NCBI GenBank assembly: GCA_033854115.1
Contig: JAWOKS010000020.1
Span: forward strand, 1-60,994
From: Thermoplasmata archaeon
GTDB taxonomy: Archaea; Thermoplasmatota; Thermoplasmata; Lutacidiplasmatales; UBA184
DNA length: 60,994 bases
Reading direction: 5' to 3'
Under the pieces are notes generated by a model. That model was given only the letters and a program-made list of their open reading frames with translations, was not told the DNA's origin and made no database searches. The position numbers were made by a program, and so were the translations under genes. This document shows, piece by piece, positions 9,538-19,130 of this stretch. Within the stretch, counting starts at the first letter, position 1. The number at the start of each line of letters is the position of its first letter.

Positions 9538-12500
9538 CTAGGGCCGCCGCGGGCGCGTCACCCACACGAAGAACACCGCGAGGCCGACGCCGGCGGCGAC
9601 GCCCACCACCACGACGTCCAGGAACGTGATCGCCGGCTCCTGGTAGACCTCGATCGACCAGGAGCAGCCGATCGACGCGTTCGCCGAGTCCCGGACCGCG
9701 AGGAAGATGTCGTAGGTGCCGGCCGAAGGGAACGAGAGCGTGACGTTCGTCCTTGTCGACGTGTTCCCGTTCGGAAGCGCCCACCGATAGGTGTAGGGGG
9801 GCCCGGCCCCGCCGCTCGGGTCGGCGGTGAGCGTGAGCGAGTACGGTGCCGCGCCCGTCCGCGTGCTCGGGCCGCAGCCGAGGAGCGCGAGCGCGGCGTT
9901 GGCGGCGACCTCGTCGGCCCGGACGGCCCGGTCGTCGTACCCGTCGTAGGCGTGCGCCTCGACCGTGAAGTCGCCCGCGCCGTAGTAGATGTGGCTCACG
10001 TTCGTCCCCGAGCCGCTCGTGCCGTCGCCGAACAGCCAGAACACGGCGGTCCCGCCCGGGCCTTGCGCGCTGGCGAGCCCCGTGATCGAGAGCGGGGTGA
10101 CCCCGGTCGCGGGATAGACGGTCTCCGAGAGGGTCAACGCATAGACGGCCGGGAAGAACCCCCAGGCCTCGGCGGCGAAGAAGCCGGGGAGCGTGATCGG
10201 GACGCGCAGGAGCGGGTGAAGGGCGGCGTCCTCGACCGTGAGGGAGGCGTCAAGCGTGTTCGCCGGCAGGAGATCGATCCCGTGGAAGTACGACTCGTTG
10301 ACGAACCCCCCGAACGCGGTCCCCCCGTTCCCGAGGTCCCAGTCGAGCACGGTGCCCGCGACCGCGGACGGCGGGCCGACGACCGTCGCGGTCCAGGCGA
10401 CCGTCGAGCCGCTCGGGACGTGGACGGCCGGCGTGACGGTCCCAGTCGCTCCGACGGCCGTCGAGCCGCTCGCGCGGGCGTCGATCACGAACGCCTCGCT
10501 CGCGTTGCCGTAGCCGAGGTCCGAGAGCGCGGCGACGGCGACGTACTCGCCCGGCGTCGTGTAGGTCGCCTGGACCGCGGATCCCGTCGAGCTCTGGCCG
10601 TTCCCGAACGTCCAGACCGTGGCGCCGGCGCTCGCGCCGTAGCCGCCGGACACGCTCGCCGTGAAGTGGACGGTGAGCGGCACGGTGCCGAAGAGCGGGG
10701 AGGCCGTGAAGGTGCCGACGAGGGGAGGCGCGACCGTCACGTTCGTCTCGGCGAACGCCTCGCCGTTCACCGTATCGTTCGCCCACTCCCGGACCGGGTA
10801 GGTGCCCACGCTCCGGAAGATGAGGCAGCCGCACGCGGCCGGGTAGGGGTCGCCGGTCGCCTCGAGGTCGATCTGCGGCTCGAGGCCCCCCGGGGCGGTC
10901 GAGCCCCCAGTGAGGTTGAACAGCGACGGGAAGTCGGCCGGAGCGTCGCGGACCGTCGCGCTCGCGTTGGGCGAGAGCGTGATCGGCGACGCGGGATCCC
11001 CGCACGACGGGGCCGCGGCGCCCCCGGCCGCGACCGCGACGCGTAGGCTCGCCGCCCCGTCGATCGGCGACGCCGCATCGCGCGCGATCGCTTCCGCGCA
11101 GTAGCCCCCGGCCGCGACGTAGGCATGGGTCGCGGTTCCGCTCGAGAGGTTGACCGCGAACGAGCCATCGCCGAACGTGAGATTGTAGAGGTACGGCCCG
11201 GTCCCGCCGCTCGCCGAGGCCGTGAACGTCACGGGCGAGCCCACCGCGGGGCTCGTGGTCGAGACCGAGAGCGTGACGTCGAGCCCGTGGCCTCCTCCGA
11301 CGACCACGACGACCGGCGGGGAGGTGGTGGAGTTGTCGGTCGCACTGACCGCATACGATTGGACCGAGTACACCCCGGGCTGCGCGTACGTGTGCTCGGT
11401 CGATCCGCTCGGGGCCGCGGAGGAGTTCCCGTCGCCGTAGGCGATCCCCTGGACCGGGTACGAGCCGCTCGCTCCCCGCGTCGCGACGGTGAACTTCACC
11501 GTGAGCGGCGCCGGCCCGAAGCGGGGCGAGGCGTAGACGAACGTGGAGAGGTGGGACGGGCCGATCGCCCCCCGGGTGAGGTCGGCGACGAGATGGGCGA
11601 CGTCCGGGGTCCCGACGCCGGTCACGGGGTCCCAGCCGGGTCCGGCCGGGTAGCCGTTCGAGCCGCTCGTGATGTCGTGGAAGTCCGTCGCGTAGCGCGG
11701 GCTCACGAGGAGGTGGTAGAGGCTCGGGTTGAGGAGCCCGAGGTCCGTGCCGGCGACCTGGTCGGCGATCGCCGCGAGCCCGGCCCAGATCGGCGTGCCG
11801 ACGCTCGTTCCCAGGACCCCGGCCGCGCCGCCGTGGTAGACGATCGAGACCGCCGTGCCTCCGACCATCGCGACGTCCGGGACGCCCCGGTCGGGCGTTG
11901 TGTACGAGCCGTTCCCGGTCTGCCAGCCGGGCCGCGGGAAGATCGAGAACCCCCCGCCGGACCCGCCCTGGTTCTGGCAGCCGGGGGCGTGGGCCCCCGA
12001 CGTGTTGCCGCTCCAGGCGGTCTCCGAGCCGTACGACCCGTTCGCGGCGAGCGCGAGGTTCGTCCCCCCGACGCCCGTCACGTACGGATACGACGCCGGG
12101 AAGTTCACCGTCGCCCCCGAGGTTCCGTCGGCCGCCCCGCAGTCCCCGCTCGCGGCGAAAGCCGAGATCCCCTCGACCGCCGCGAGCTGGAGGACCGGCC
12201 CGAGGATCGCGAACGAACCGTCGGTCGAGGCGTTGCAGACGTAGTCGCAGGGACCCGCTTCGGCGTTGTAGATCCCGATCTCGGGTTCCCCCCAGCTCAT
12301 CGAGAGGACATCGGTGAGGCCGTCCGCGACCAGGCGGTCGATCGCGAAGTAGAGGCCGGCCCCGGGGTCGGGGGAGAAGACCATCTGGATCTCGGCCCCG
12401 GGGGCGGTCGCGAACGCCCATTCGAGGTCGAGCGCGTCCTCGTACGACCAGGCCGTGTTGACCCCGCTCGCGTTGAGGTCCTTCGAGGTCGGCACCGGGT

Positions 12501-13377
12501 AGAGGAACGTCACGTTCGGGGCGGGGAGGGCCGCGGCGCTCGCGAACAGGAGGAGGTCCGTCGAGAGCCGGCTCTGGTTCTCCGCGGAAGCGTAGGCATC
12601 GATGACGGCGACCCGCTTTCCCCGGCCGTCCTGGCCGCTCCCGAGGAGGCCCGCGAAGTCGTACGCCGCCGCCACCTGGCACGGCGCGAGGCCCGCGGGC
12701 ATCGACGCGCAGCCGGCCGCCGCGTGCGCCGCGGCGGGGTTGGGCGCGGGACGGAGCTCGGGCCGGACCGGGGTCGAGCTGCCAAGGCCGTAGGCGCCCG
12801 ACCAGGGTGCGACCGCCGGAAGGTGGGCCGGGGTGGGGTGGTCGACGAACGTCCGACCGGAAGGGTCCTGGTAGCGCTCGAACGAGGTGCCGAACGCTCG
12901 GGCGATCGCCCCGCTCGGTCCCGAGACGGCGAGGAGGAGCCCGTCCGGGTGGCTCCGGACCTCGAGGCCGAACGCCGCGAAGTAGCTCGTCGCCGCGCGG
13001 ACCGCGCTCGGCGCGGCCCCGAACCGGGACGCGGCGGCCCCCGGGGCGAGCGCCCCCGGCCCCGCCGTCGGCCCGGACGAGGCGTTCGCGAGCGCCGCGA
13101 GCCCGCGAGGGTCCCGCGAGGCGAGCGCGACGTCGACGGTCATCGGAACGCTCCCCGGGAGCGGACCGAGGTCGCGGACCCCGGACGGCGCGGCGTACGC
13201 CGGGGCGATGGCGACCTGGACGTCCGGGGAGACGACGGGGGTGCCCCCGCTCGAAAGTGCCGCCCCGGTCCCGACAACGTGACCGGCGTGACCGGAGAGG
13301 AGGGATCCCGTGGGAAGCAGGAGGAGCGCGACGCCGGTGAGCGCGACGAAGGCCGTTCCGAACGAGGTGGACCGCAT
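9538..13377 (-). CDS. Secreted, membrane-anchored S53 (sedolisin) peptidase with PKD repeats
   Basis: Signal peptide, prodomain, EDALDLEW, ASGD, GSGGG, GTSVGTP, GWDPVTGVG; repeated W.FGDG...H.Y..PG.Y PKD motifs; C-terminal TM followed by RPRRP. Confidence 0.9.
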   Translation of the reverse strand: MRSTSFGTAFVALTGVALLLLPTGSLLSGHAGHVVGTGAALSSGGTPVVSPDVQVAIAPAYAAPSGVRDLGPLPGSVPMTVDVALASRDPRGLAALANASSGPTAGPGALAPGAAASRFGAAPSAVRAATSYFAAFGLEVRSHPDGLLLAVSGPSGAIARAFGTSFERYQDPSGRTFVDHPTPAHLPAVAPWSGAYGLGSSTPVRPELRPAPNPAAAHAAAGCASMPAGLAPCQVAAAYDFAGLLGSGQDGRGKRVAVIDAYASAENQSRLSTDLLLFASAAALPAPNVTFLYPVPTSKDLNASGVNTAWSYEDALDLEWAFATAPGAEIQMVFSPDPGAGLYFAIDRLVADGLTDVLSMSWGEPEIGIYNAEAGPCDYVCNASTDGSFAILGPVLQLAAVEGISAFAASGDCGAADGTSGATVNFPASYPYVTGVGGTNLALAANGSYGSETAWSGNTSGAHAPGCQNQGGSGGGFSIFPRPGWQTGNGSYTTPDRGVPDVAMVGGTAVSIVYHGGAAGVLGTSVGTPIWAGLAAIADQVAGTDLGLLNPSLYHLLVSPRYATDFHDITSGSNGYPAGPGWDPVTGVGTPDVAHLVADLTRGAIGPSHLSTFVYASPRFGPAPLTVKFTVATRGASGSYPVQGIAYGDGNSSAAPSGSTEHTYAQPGVYSVQSYAVSATDNSTTSPPVVVVVGGGHGLDVTLSVSTTSPAVGSPVTFTASASGGTGPYLYNLTFGDGSFAVNLSSGTATHAYVAAGGYCAEAIARDAASPIDGAASLRVAVAAGGAAAPSCGDPASPITLSPNASATVRDAPADFPSLFNLTGGSTAPGGLEPQIDLEATGDPYPAACGCLIFRSVGTYPVREWANDTVNGEAFAETNVTVAPPLVGTFTASPLFGTVPLTVHFTASVSGGYGASAGATVWTFGNGQSSTGSAVQATYTTPGEYVAVAALSDLGYGNASEAFVIDARASGSTAVGATGTVTPAVHVPSGSTVAWTATVVGPPSAVAGTVLDWDLGNGGTAFGGFVNESYFHGIDLLPANTLDASLTVEDAALHPLLRVPITLPGFFAAEAWGFFPAVYALTLSETVYPATGVTPLSITGLASAQGPGGTAVFWLFGDGTSGSGTNVSHIYYGAGDFTVEAHAYDGYDDRAVRADEVAANAALALLGCGPSTRTGAAPYSLTLTADPSGGAGPPYTYRWALPNGNTSTRTNVTLSFPSAGTYDIFLAVRDSANASIGCSWSIEVYQEPAITFLDVVVVGVAAGVGLAVFFVWVTRPRRP

Positions 13378-13468
13378 CGGGTCGCCTCTCTCGACCCTCG
13401 TCGGGGGATATCCTCTTTACCGCCGTTCCGCGAGCGGGCGCAAGAGCTCATAACCCGCCACCGGAGTC

Positions 13469-14821
13469 GTGCGCGGGGGAAGCGTGGACCCGTACCTCGG
13501 CTACGAGATCGCGCTCGCGGCGGTCGTGGCCTACGGGGCGGTGGTCTACGTCCTCTGGCGGACCGGCCGGATCGGCCCGGACCGGAGCCTGACGCTCTTC
13601 GGCCCCGCGCTGATGCTCAAGACGACGCGGGGCCGCTCCGCGCTCGACCGCTGGGGCCGGTTCACCCGGTTCTGGACCTGGACCAGCGACCTCGGGATCG
13701 CGCTGGCGGCGATCGCGATGGCGACGATCCTCGGCGTCCTGGTCCTCGGCGCGGTCGCCTCCACACGCCTGAGCGCCTCCCAGGCCCCGAGCGTTCAGGA
13801 AGCGATCGGCCTTCCCGGGATCAACCCGATCATCCCGCTCGGCTACGGCCTCGTCGCGATCGTCGTCGGGATCGTCCTCCACGAGCTCGCCCACGGCGTG
13901 GTCGCGCGCTCGCAGAAGATCGGGGTGAAGAGCCTCGGCGTGCTCTGGTTCGTCGTCCCGGTGGGGGCGTTCGTCGAACAGGACGACACCGAGATGGGCG
14001 GGGCTCCGCGCCGCGTCCGGGACCGCGTCGCCGCCGCCGGGGTCCTCGCGAACTTCCTGCTGGCCGTGGTGTTCTTCGTCGCGCTTTCCGCCGTGGTCGC
14101 GTCGAGCGTGCAGCCGAACGCCTCGGGCGTCGGGATCGCCATCGTGGAGGTGAACAGCCCGGCGGCGAACGCGTCGATCGCACCCGGGGACATCATCACG
14201 GCCGTCAACGGCACGGCGACCTCGACCGTTCCCCTGTTCCAGGACGCGCTCGCGAGGACCCACCCGAACTCGAGCTATCCGGTCACGTACTACGCCGCGT
14301 CGGCCGGCCACCTCGTGACCACGAGCATCACGCTCGGGGTCAACCCCTCCAACGCGTCGCGCGGCTTCCTCGGCGTCGCGGTCTACGGGCTCACGCCGGC
14401 CGAGCTCAAGCAGACGCTCGTCTGGCCGCTCGGGAGCGCGTCGGGACCTGCCGCGGGCGCCGTCAACTGGCTCGTCCTGCCGATCGCCACCCTCGAGCCG
14501 ATCTCGGGCCCGACCGCCGGGTTCTTCCACCTCACCGGTCCGTTCGCCCACGCCGACCCGGGCACCTTCTGGATCGGAGCGAACCTTCTCTACTGGCTTG
14601 CCTGGATGAACCTCCTCCTCGGGCTGTCCAACGCGCTCCCGCTCGTCCCGCTCGACGGCGGCCTCCTCTTCCGCGACTTCGCGGCCTCGATCGCCGCCCG
14701 CTTCCGGGCCGGCTGGACCGCCGCCCACCTCGACGCGTTCGCCTCGAAGGCGGCGGCCGCCTCGTCGGCCCTCGTCCTCGTCCTGCTCGTATGGCAATTC
14801 GTGGTCCCGCGGCTCGCCTAG
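13469..14821 (+). CDS. Site-2 protease (M50) with PDZ domain
   Basis: HELAHG, GAFVEQD, AAGVLAN, NALPLVPLDGG; multiple TMs. Confidence 0.92.
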   Translation: MRGGSVDPYLGYEIALAAVVAYGAVVYVLWRTGRIGPDRSLTLFGPALMLKTTRGRSALDRWGRFTRFWTWTSDLGIALAAIAMATILGVLVLGAVASTRLSASQAPSVQEAIGLPGINPIIPLGYGLVAIVVGIVLHELAHGVVARSQKIGVKSLGVLWFVVPVGAFVEQDDTEMGGAPRRVRDRVAAAGVLANFLLAVVFFVALSAVVASSVQPNASGVGIAIVEVNSPAANASIAPGDIITAVNGTATSTVPLFQDALARTHPNSSYPVTYYAASAGHLVTTSITLGVNPSNASRGFLGVAVYGLTPAELKQTLVWPLGSASGPAAGAVNWLVLPIATLEPISGPTAGFFHLTGPFAHADPGTFWIGANLLYWLAWMNLLLGLSNALPLVPLDGGLLFRDFAASIAARFRAGWTAAHLDAFASKAAAASSALVLVLLVWQFVVPRLA

Positions 14822-15963
14822 ACGAGCGGTCGCTCTTCGCCGAGTATCCGTTCCTGCCCGGGGCGGAGGGGCTCTTCGCCGACGAGCGGGTCTCGGTCCG
14901 CGCCCTCCTCGAGGAGCCGGCGTACGACCGCGTCCGGTCGATCGGTCGCGCGCGCGTGCTCGCGGCTCAGGACGACCCGCGCGGTCAGGCGACCGTCGAG
15001 GAGCTCGCCCACGCGAGGACGGACGAGCGCTACCTCTCGTTCCTGTTCGCCCGCCTCGTCCTGTCGGCGGCGCCGACCGCGGGCGCGCTCCGCCGGTGGG
15101 CGGTCGCCGAGGCGAAGCGCGGGCACGAGCGCCTCAAGGGGGTGGGGGCGGAGGAGCTCGAGGAGGTCGCGCGGCGCCTCGGCTTTCCCGTCGCGGCCGG
15201 GCCGGGGGGCGTCACGCTCTCCGTGGCCGACTACGTGCGCCTCGCCTCCCCCATCCGCGAGGCCGAGTTCCGTCTCGCGACCCAGGACGTCCAGGCCGGC
15301 CGCGTGGCGGTCGGACCCGCCCGGGCCTCCCGGCTGCTCCAGGAGGCCGTCCGGCGCGCCCTCGCGGTGCCGCTCGCCCTCCATCCGGAAGTGGTGCGGG
15401 TCGTCCGCGAGCGCGAGGCGGAGCTGCTCGCAGAGGTCGCGCGCCGCCTCCCGTCCGCCACGGCACGTCCGGGCGGCCCCGTCGGCCCGCTCGAGCGGAC
15501 CAAGTTCCCCCCGTGTATCCGCAAGATGCAGCGGACGCTCGAGAAGGGCGAGAACCTCTCCCATGCGGGCCGGTTCGCGCTCGCCGCGTTCCTCCACCGG
15601 GCGGGGGCGTCGTTCGACACGATCGTCGACGCCTACCGCGGCGCTCCCGACTTCGACGAGTCGGTGACGCGCTACCAGGTCGAGCACATCACCTCCCGCG
15701 ACGGAGGCCGGGGCTACGAGCCCCCGGAGTGCACGACCCTCCGCAGCCACGGCCTCTGCGCGCGCGACGGCGACCCGGACGCGCCGGATCCGGCGGGCCG
15801 GGCCCGGGACCCGATGTGCTTCGACGAGCGGCTCCGCCACCCCCTCCAGTACTACCGCTGGAAGGGCGGGGCCGTCGCGGGCGGCGACGCGGAGGCTACG
15901 TCCGCTCCAGCGAGCGGTACGTCCGCCGGGCCCGCGCGAAAGCGGTCCACTGACCGGCGATGA
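14791..15963 (+). CDS. priL: DNA primase large subunit
   Basis: YPFLPGA, FPPCI, NLSHAGRF, APDFDESVTRYQVEHI, YEPPECTTL..HGLC, HPLQYY (Fe-S C-domain); 3' part of ORF 11125..15963. Confidence 0.92.
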   Translation: MAIRGPAARLDERSLFAEYPFLPGAEGLFADERVSVRALLEEPAYDRVRSIGRARVLAAQDDPRGQATVEELAHARTDERYLSFLFARLVLSAAPTAGALRRWAVAEAKRGHERLKGVGAEELEEVARRLGFPVAAGPGGVTLSVADYVRLASPIREAEFRLATQDVQAGRVAVGPARASRLLQEAVRRALAVPLALHPEVVRVVREREAELLAEVARRLPSATARPGGPVGPLERTKFPPCIRKMQRTLEKGENLSHAGRFALAAFLHRAGASFDTIVDAYRGAPDFDESVTRYQVEHITSRDGGRGYEPPECTTLRSHGLCARDGDPDAPDPAGRARDPMCFDERLRHPLQYYRWKGGAVAGGDAEATSAPASGTSAGPARKRSTDRR

Positions 15964-16555
15964 CGAAGTAGACGAACGCGACGTCGATCACGGTGAAGGT
16001 GAGCCCGGCCGCGTGGAAGCGGGCCCACGGCGCGGTCGGGGCCCACGGCCATGGCAGCGACCAGTCGAACTCGAGGAACGCCGCGGCGGCGAGCACGACC
16101 AGGCGGTCCGCCCGCGCGAGGAGGCCGGCGTAGAGGCGGCCCGCCCCGACCGCTTGCGCCTGGGTGCCCATGTAGCTCGTCAGGAGGAGGCTCACGAGCG
16201 CGAGGAGCGCGAGCCGCGGGTCGGCGTAGCCCGAGACGGCGAAGCCGAGCACGAGGACGACGTCCGAGTAGCGGTCGAGGACGTGGTCGAGGAAGTCCCC
16301 GCGGCGGTCCGCACGCGCGGTCGCGCGGGCGACGCGTCCGTCCAGGACGTCGAACATCCCCGAGAGCACGATGAGGGCGCTCACCGCGAGGAAGAGGAGC
16401 GGGGTCGTGAACCGCACGAGGGCCGACACGGACGCCGCGGCGACCGCGAGGCCGATCGCGGTGCCGCTCAGTTGACCGGGGCTCCACCCGAGGAACGGGC
16501 GTGCGAGGCGGTCGAGCCAGGGCCCGAAACGGTCCCGGTAGCCCTCGAGCACCAT
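15896..16555 (-). CDS. CDP-alcohol phosphatidyltransferase (archaetidylinositol-phosphate synthase-like)
   Basis: FDVLDGRVAR...RGDFLDHVLDRYSD motif; SYMGTQAQA. Confidence 0.9.
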   Translation of the reverse strand: MVLEGYRDRFGPWLDRLARPFLGWSPGQLSGTAIGLAVAAASVSALVRFTTPLLFLAVSALIVLSGMFDVLDGRVARATARADRRGDFLDHVLDRYSDVVLVLGFAVSGYADPRLALLALVSLLLTSYMGTQAQAVGAGRLYAGLLARADRLVVLAAAAFLEFDWSLPWPWAPTAPWARFHAAGLTFTVIDVAFVYFVIAGQWTAFARARRTYRSLERT

Positions 16556-16716
16556 CCTGGCACGCCTACCCGGGCCCGTCCAAAAGGTGCACGGTCGCGT
16601 GCCGGCGGCCCCGCTCTCGGGAACTCGGGCGCGGGGCTCGCTTCAGTCGGGACGGAAGGCGGGCCGATGGTCGAGGGGCGTCGAGGTGCGGGAGGTCGCC
16701 TCCCCGGCACCCCAGC

Positions 16717-17295
16717 CTACCGGGGCGCCCTCGGAAGCTCGCGGGCCACGGAACGGTCGGCGAGCCAGTCGACGATCCCTGCGCGGGGCCGCCCGGCCGA
16801 CCGGAGTCGGCGCTCGACCTCGGCGGCCACGGAGCGGGGACTCCGGCCGGTCGTGTCGATCTCGTAGACGGGGACGCCCGATTCGAGGGCCTCGACCAGA
16901 AGGAGGTCGACGGTCTCGCTCACGACGTTCGCCTCACGCTCCGCGCGGGTCCCGCGGCGCGCACGCTCGAGCCGCCGTGCGAGGACCCGGGGGTGGCACC
17001 TCAGGACGATCGCTCCTCGGAGCCCGAGGAGGTGGGCGAGATGGCCGACGACCAGGTCGATCCCTACAAGGGCGGTCCGCGCGCGCAGGGCGCGCCGGAG
17101 CCGGGCGAGATCGACCTCGAGGGCGCGGCCGCGCCCGACCGCGGCGTGGTGGCGGCGCGCGAGCTCAGCCACCTCGACCGTGCGCCAGCGCGGAGCGAGG
17201 AGGCGGGCCACCGTCGATTTCCCCACGCCGGGCGTCCCGGTCAGCGCGACCGGGCCCGTCGGCCGGGCCCGGGTCCTCGGGCGGGGAGCGCTCAT
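16717..17295 (-). CDS. AK6/Fap7-type adenylate kinase
   Basis: LTGTPGVGKST, VGHLAH, VLRCHP..L.RRL, EIDTTG. Confidence 0.85.
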   Translation of the reverse strand: MSAPRPRTRARPTGPVALTGTPGVGKSTVARLLAPRWRTVEVAELARRHHAAVGRGRALEVDLARLRRALRARTALVGIDLVVGHLAHLLGLRGAIVLRCHPRVLARRLERARRGTRAEREANVVSETVDLLLVEALESGVPVYEIDTTGRSPRSVAAEVERRLRSAGRPRAGIVDWLADRSVARELPRAPR

Positions 17296-17323
17296 CGACC
17301 TCGGAGGTGCGCTCGCCCCGCAC

Positions 17324-18556
17324 CTACGCGAACCGAAGCCCGCGGAAGGTGCGCCGCCAGGCCCGGACCTCTCGTCCGACCCGGCGCGACCTCAGCCCTC
17401 CGTCGACGAGGAGGGCCGCGAGGCGCGGCATGTCGTCCGGCGTGAGGCCGAGACGCGTGACCTCCGCCGTGCCGATGCGGCCGACGAGGTCGATGAGCAG
17501 TCCCTGCCGCTCGAGACGGCGGGCGAGCTCGCCCGCGCCGAGGCCATGCTGGGCGCGCAGGCGTGTCGGGTCGAGGTGGATCTGGTGGGACCGCGTGAAC
17601 CCCTGCTCGGCCGCCACGAGCGGAACTCCGGCCGGGGCGAGCGCGGACGCGAGGGCCCGAGCGTTCGCGACCACGGTGCGGGCGTACTCGGCCCCGGTGC
17701 GTTCGAGCTCGAGAAGGGTCTGGGCGAGGGCGGCGATCCGGTTCCAGTGCGCGTTGTCGAAGACGCGCCAGACGAGCGCGGGGTCGATCTTCCGGAAGAG
17801 GTCCTCGCGGTCGGTGTAGAGGAGGCCCCCCTGCGGGCCCGGGAACGACTTGTGGGTGCTCCCGTAGACGACGTCCGCGCCCTCGCGGATCGGGTCCTGG
17901 AACTCGCCGCCCGCGATCAGGCCGAGCACGTGCGACGCGTCGTACAGCACGAGCGCCCCGACCTCGTGCGCCGCCTCCGCGATCTCGCGCAGGGGGTATG
18001 GGAAGAGGAAGAAGCTCTGGCCGAGGACTACCGCGCCCGGGCGGACCTCGCGGAGGAGCCGCGTCGCGGCGCCGGCGTCGACCGAGTGGCCGACGCCGTC
18101 GGCCGGGAGCGCGCGCACGGAGAGGCCGAGCAGGTCCGGGACGAAGCCAGGGGCGTAGCCGTCGTACCCCCCGTCCTCAGGGCGGATCGCAAGGAGCGTC
18201 GAGCCGCGGGGGAGGAGGGGGGCGAGGGCCGAGAGCGCCGCGATGTGCCCGGAGAGCGGCCGGGTCGTGGCGAACCGGGCGTGGAAGACGCGCGCGGCCG
18301 CCGCGTTCGCGAGCTGCTCGATCTGGTCGGTGTAGCGGGTGCCGGTGTAGCTGTTGTCGATCCGCTCCCCGTGGAACTCGACCGTGAGCGGGAGCGTGTA
18401 GCGCCCTGCGAGATCGCTCCCGAGGTAGCGACGGGCGGTCGCCGACACCGCGTTCTCGCTCGCGAGGAGGTTGAAGACCTCCCGACCGCGCCAGCGGTCG
18501 TGGGCGCGAACGAGGCGGGCGAGCCGGGCTTCCTCCTCAGCCTTCGGGAGTTCCAT
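17324..18556 (-). CDS. glyA: Serine hydroxymethyltransferase-family PLP enzyme (divergent)
   Basis: NLLASEN, YDASHVLGLIAG, STHKSFPGPQGG (PLP lysine), GRIGT; several SHMT residues altered (see findings). Confidence 0.75.
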   Translation of the reverse strand: MELPKAEEEARLARLVRAHDRWRGREVFNLLASENAVSATARRYLGSDLAGRYTLPLTVEFHGERIDNSYTGTRYTDQIEQLANAAAARVFHARFATTRPLSGHIAALSALAPLLPRGSTLLAIRPEDGGYDGYAPGFVPDLLGLSVRALPADGVGHSVDAGAATRLLREVRPGAVVLGQSFFLFPYPLREIAEAAHEVGALVLYDASHVLGLIAGGEFQDPIREGADVVYGSTHKSFPGPQGGLLYTDREDLFRKIDPALVWRVFDNAHWNRIAALAQTLLELERTGAEYARTVVANARALASALAPAGVPLVAAEQGFTRSHQIHLDPTRLRAQHGLGAGELARRLERQGLLIDLVGRIGTAEVTRLGLTPDDMPRLAALLVDGGLRSRRVGREVRAWRRTFRGLRFA

Positions 18557-19130
18557 GACCGACCGGGCTCGCGGCGTGGGCTCCTTGGGCGACCTTGCGC
18601 CGCTCCTGGTGGCCACAGCGGGGGCAGACGGGCTGCCGGTGGGCGAGGTTCAGGAGCGCGTGGCAGACCTGGCAGCGCGCCGACACGACCCCGAGGGTCG
18701 CCGCGGCCGTGGTGAGCTTGATCGACGGGTGGCTCTGGAGGACCTTCGCGAGGACGATGTCGCCGATCGCGAACTCCCCGCTCAGCGATTCGGTGTACCC
18801 CTCCTTCGCCTTCGAGATGTGGACGATCGCCTCGGGCTTTCCCGGGACCCCGCGCCGGCTCGCCGTCGTGGTGAGGACCGTCAAGATCGCCATCGCGGTC
18901 TTGAGCTCCTCGACGCGGGCGTACACGAGGTCCCCGTCGGCGATCTCGGGGACCGAGTTCCGCGCCTGGACGCGGATCGTGCGGTCGCGCGCATCGACCG
19001 ACGGTTTCCCGAGGAGCGCGGCGTAGATCCGGCCCCCGTACTCGTAGGTGCCGCGGCCCGGGAGGAACTCCTCGGCGGCGCCGAGGTAGTCACCCGGGAG
19101 GACGAGGTCCGGTAGTTCGTGCTCGGCCAT
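18537..19130 (-). CDS. csl4: Exosome RNA-binding protein Csl4
   Basis: VLPGDYLG..EEFLPG.GTY, S1 domain (IVHIS, GDIVLAKV), LGVVSARC..C...CPRCG..ERRK. Confidence 0.92.
   Translation of the reverse strand: MAEHELPDLVLPGDYLGAAEEFLPGRGTYEYGGRIYAALLGKPSVDARDRTIRVQARNSVPEIADGDLVYARVEELKTAMAILTVLTTTASRRGVPGKPEAIVHISKAKEGYTESLSGEFAIGDIVLAKVLQSHPSIKLTTAAATLGVVSARCQVCHALLNLAHRQPVCPRCGHQERRKVAQGAHAASPVGHGTPEG

Noticed and set aside
11125-14790. 1612-aa ORF on the + strand
   Set aside because: Only its 3' part (from 14791) is PriL. The rest is an Arg/Gly-rich shadow frame over the S53 and M50 genes, as expected at high GC.
15896-15963. Convergent 3' overlaps (also 46892-46938 and 53059-53110) as antisense regulation
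   Set aside because: Readily explained by stop-codon drift in a compact, GC-rich genome.
16556-16716. Structured RNA in the gap between the kinase and phosphatidyltransferase genes
   Set aside because: No recognisable tRNA, C/D box or ribozyme motif.
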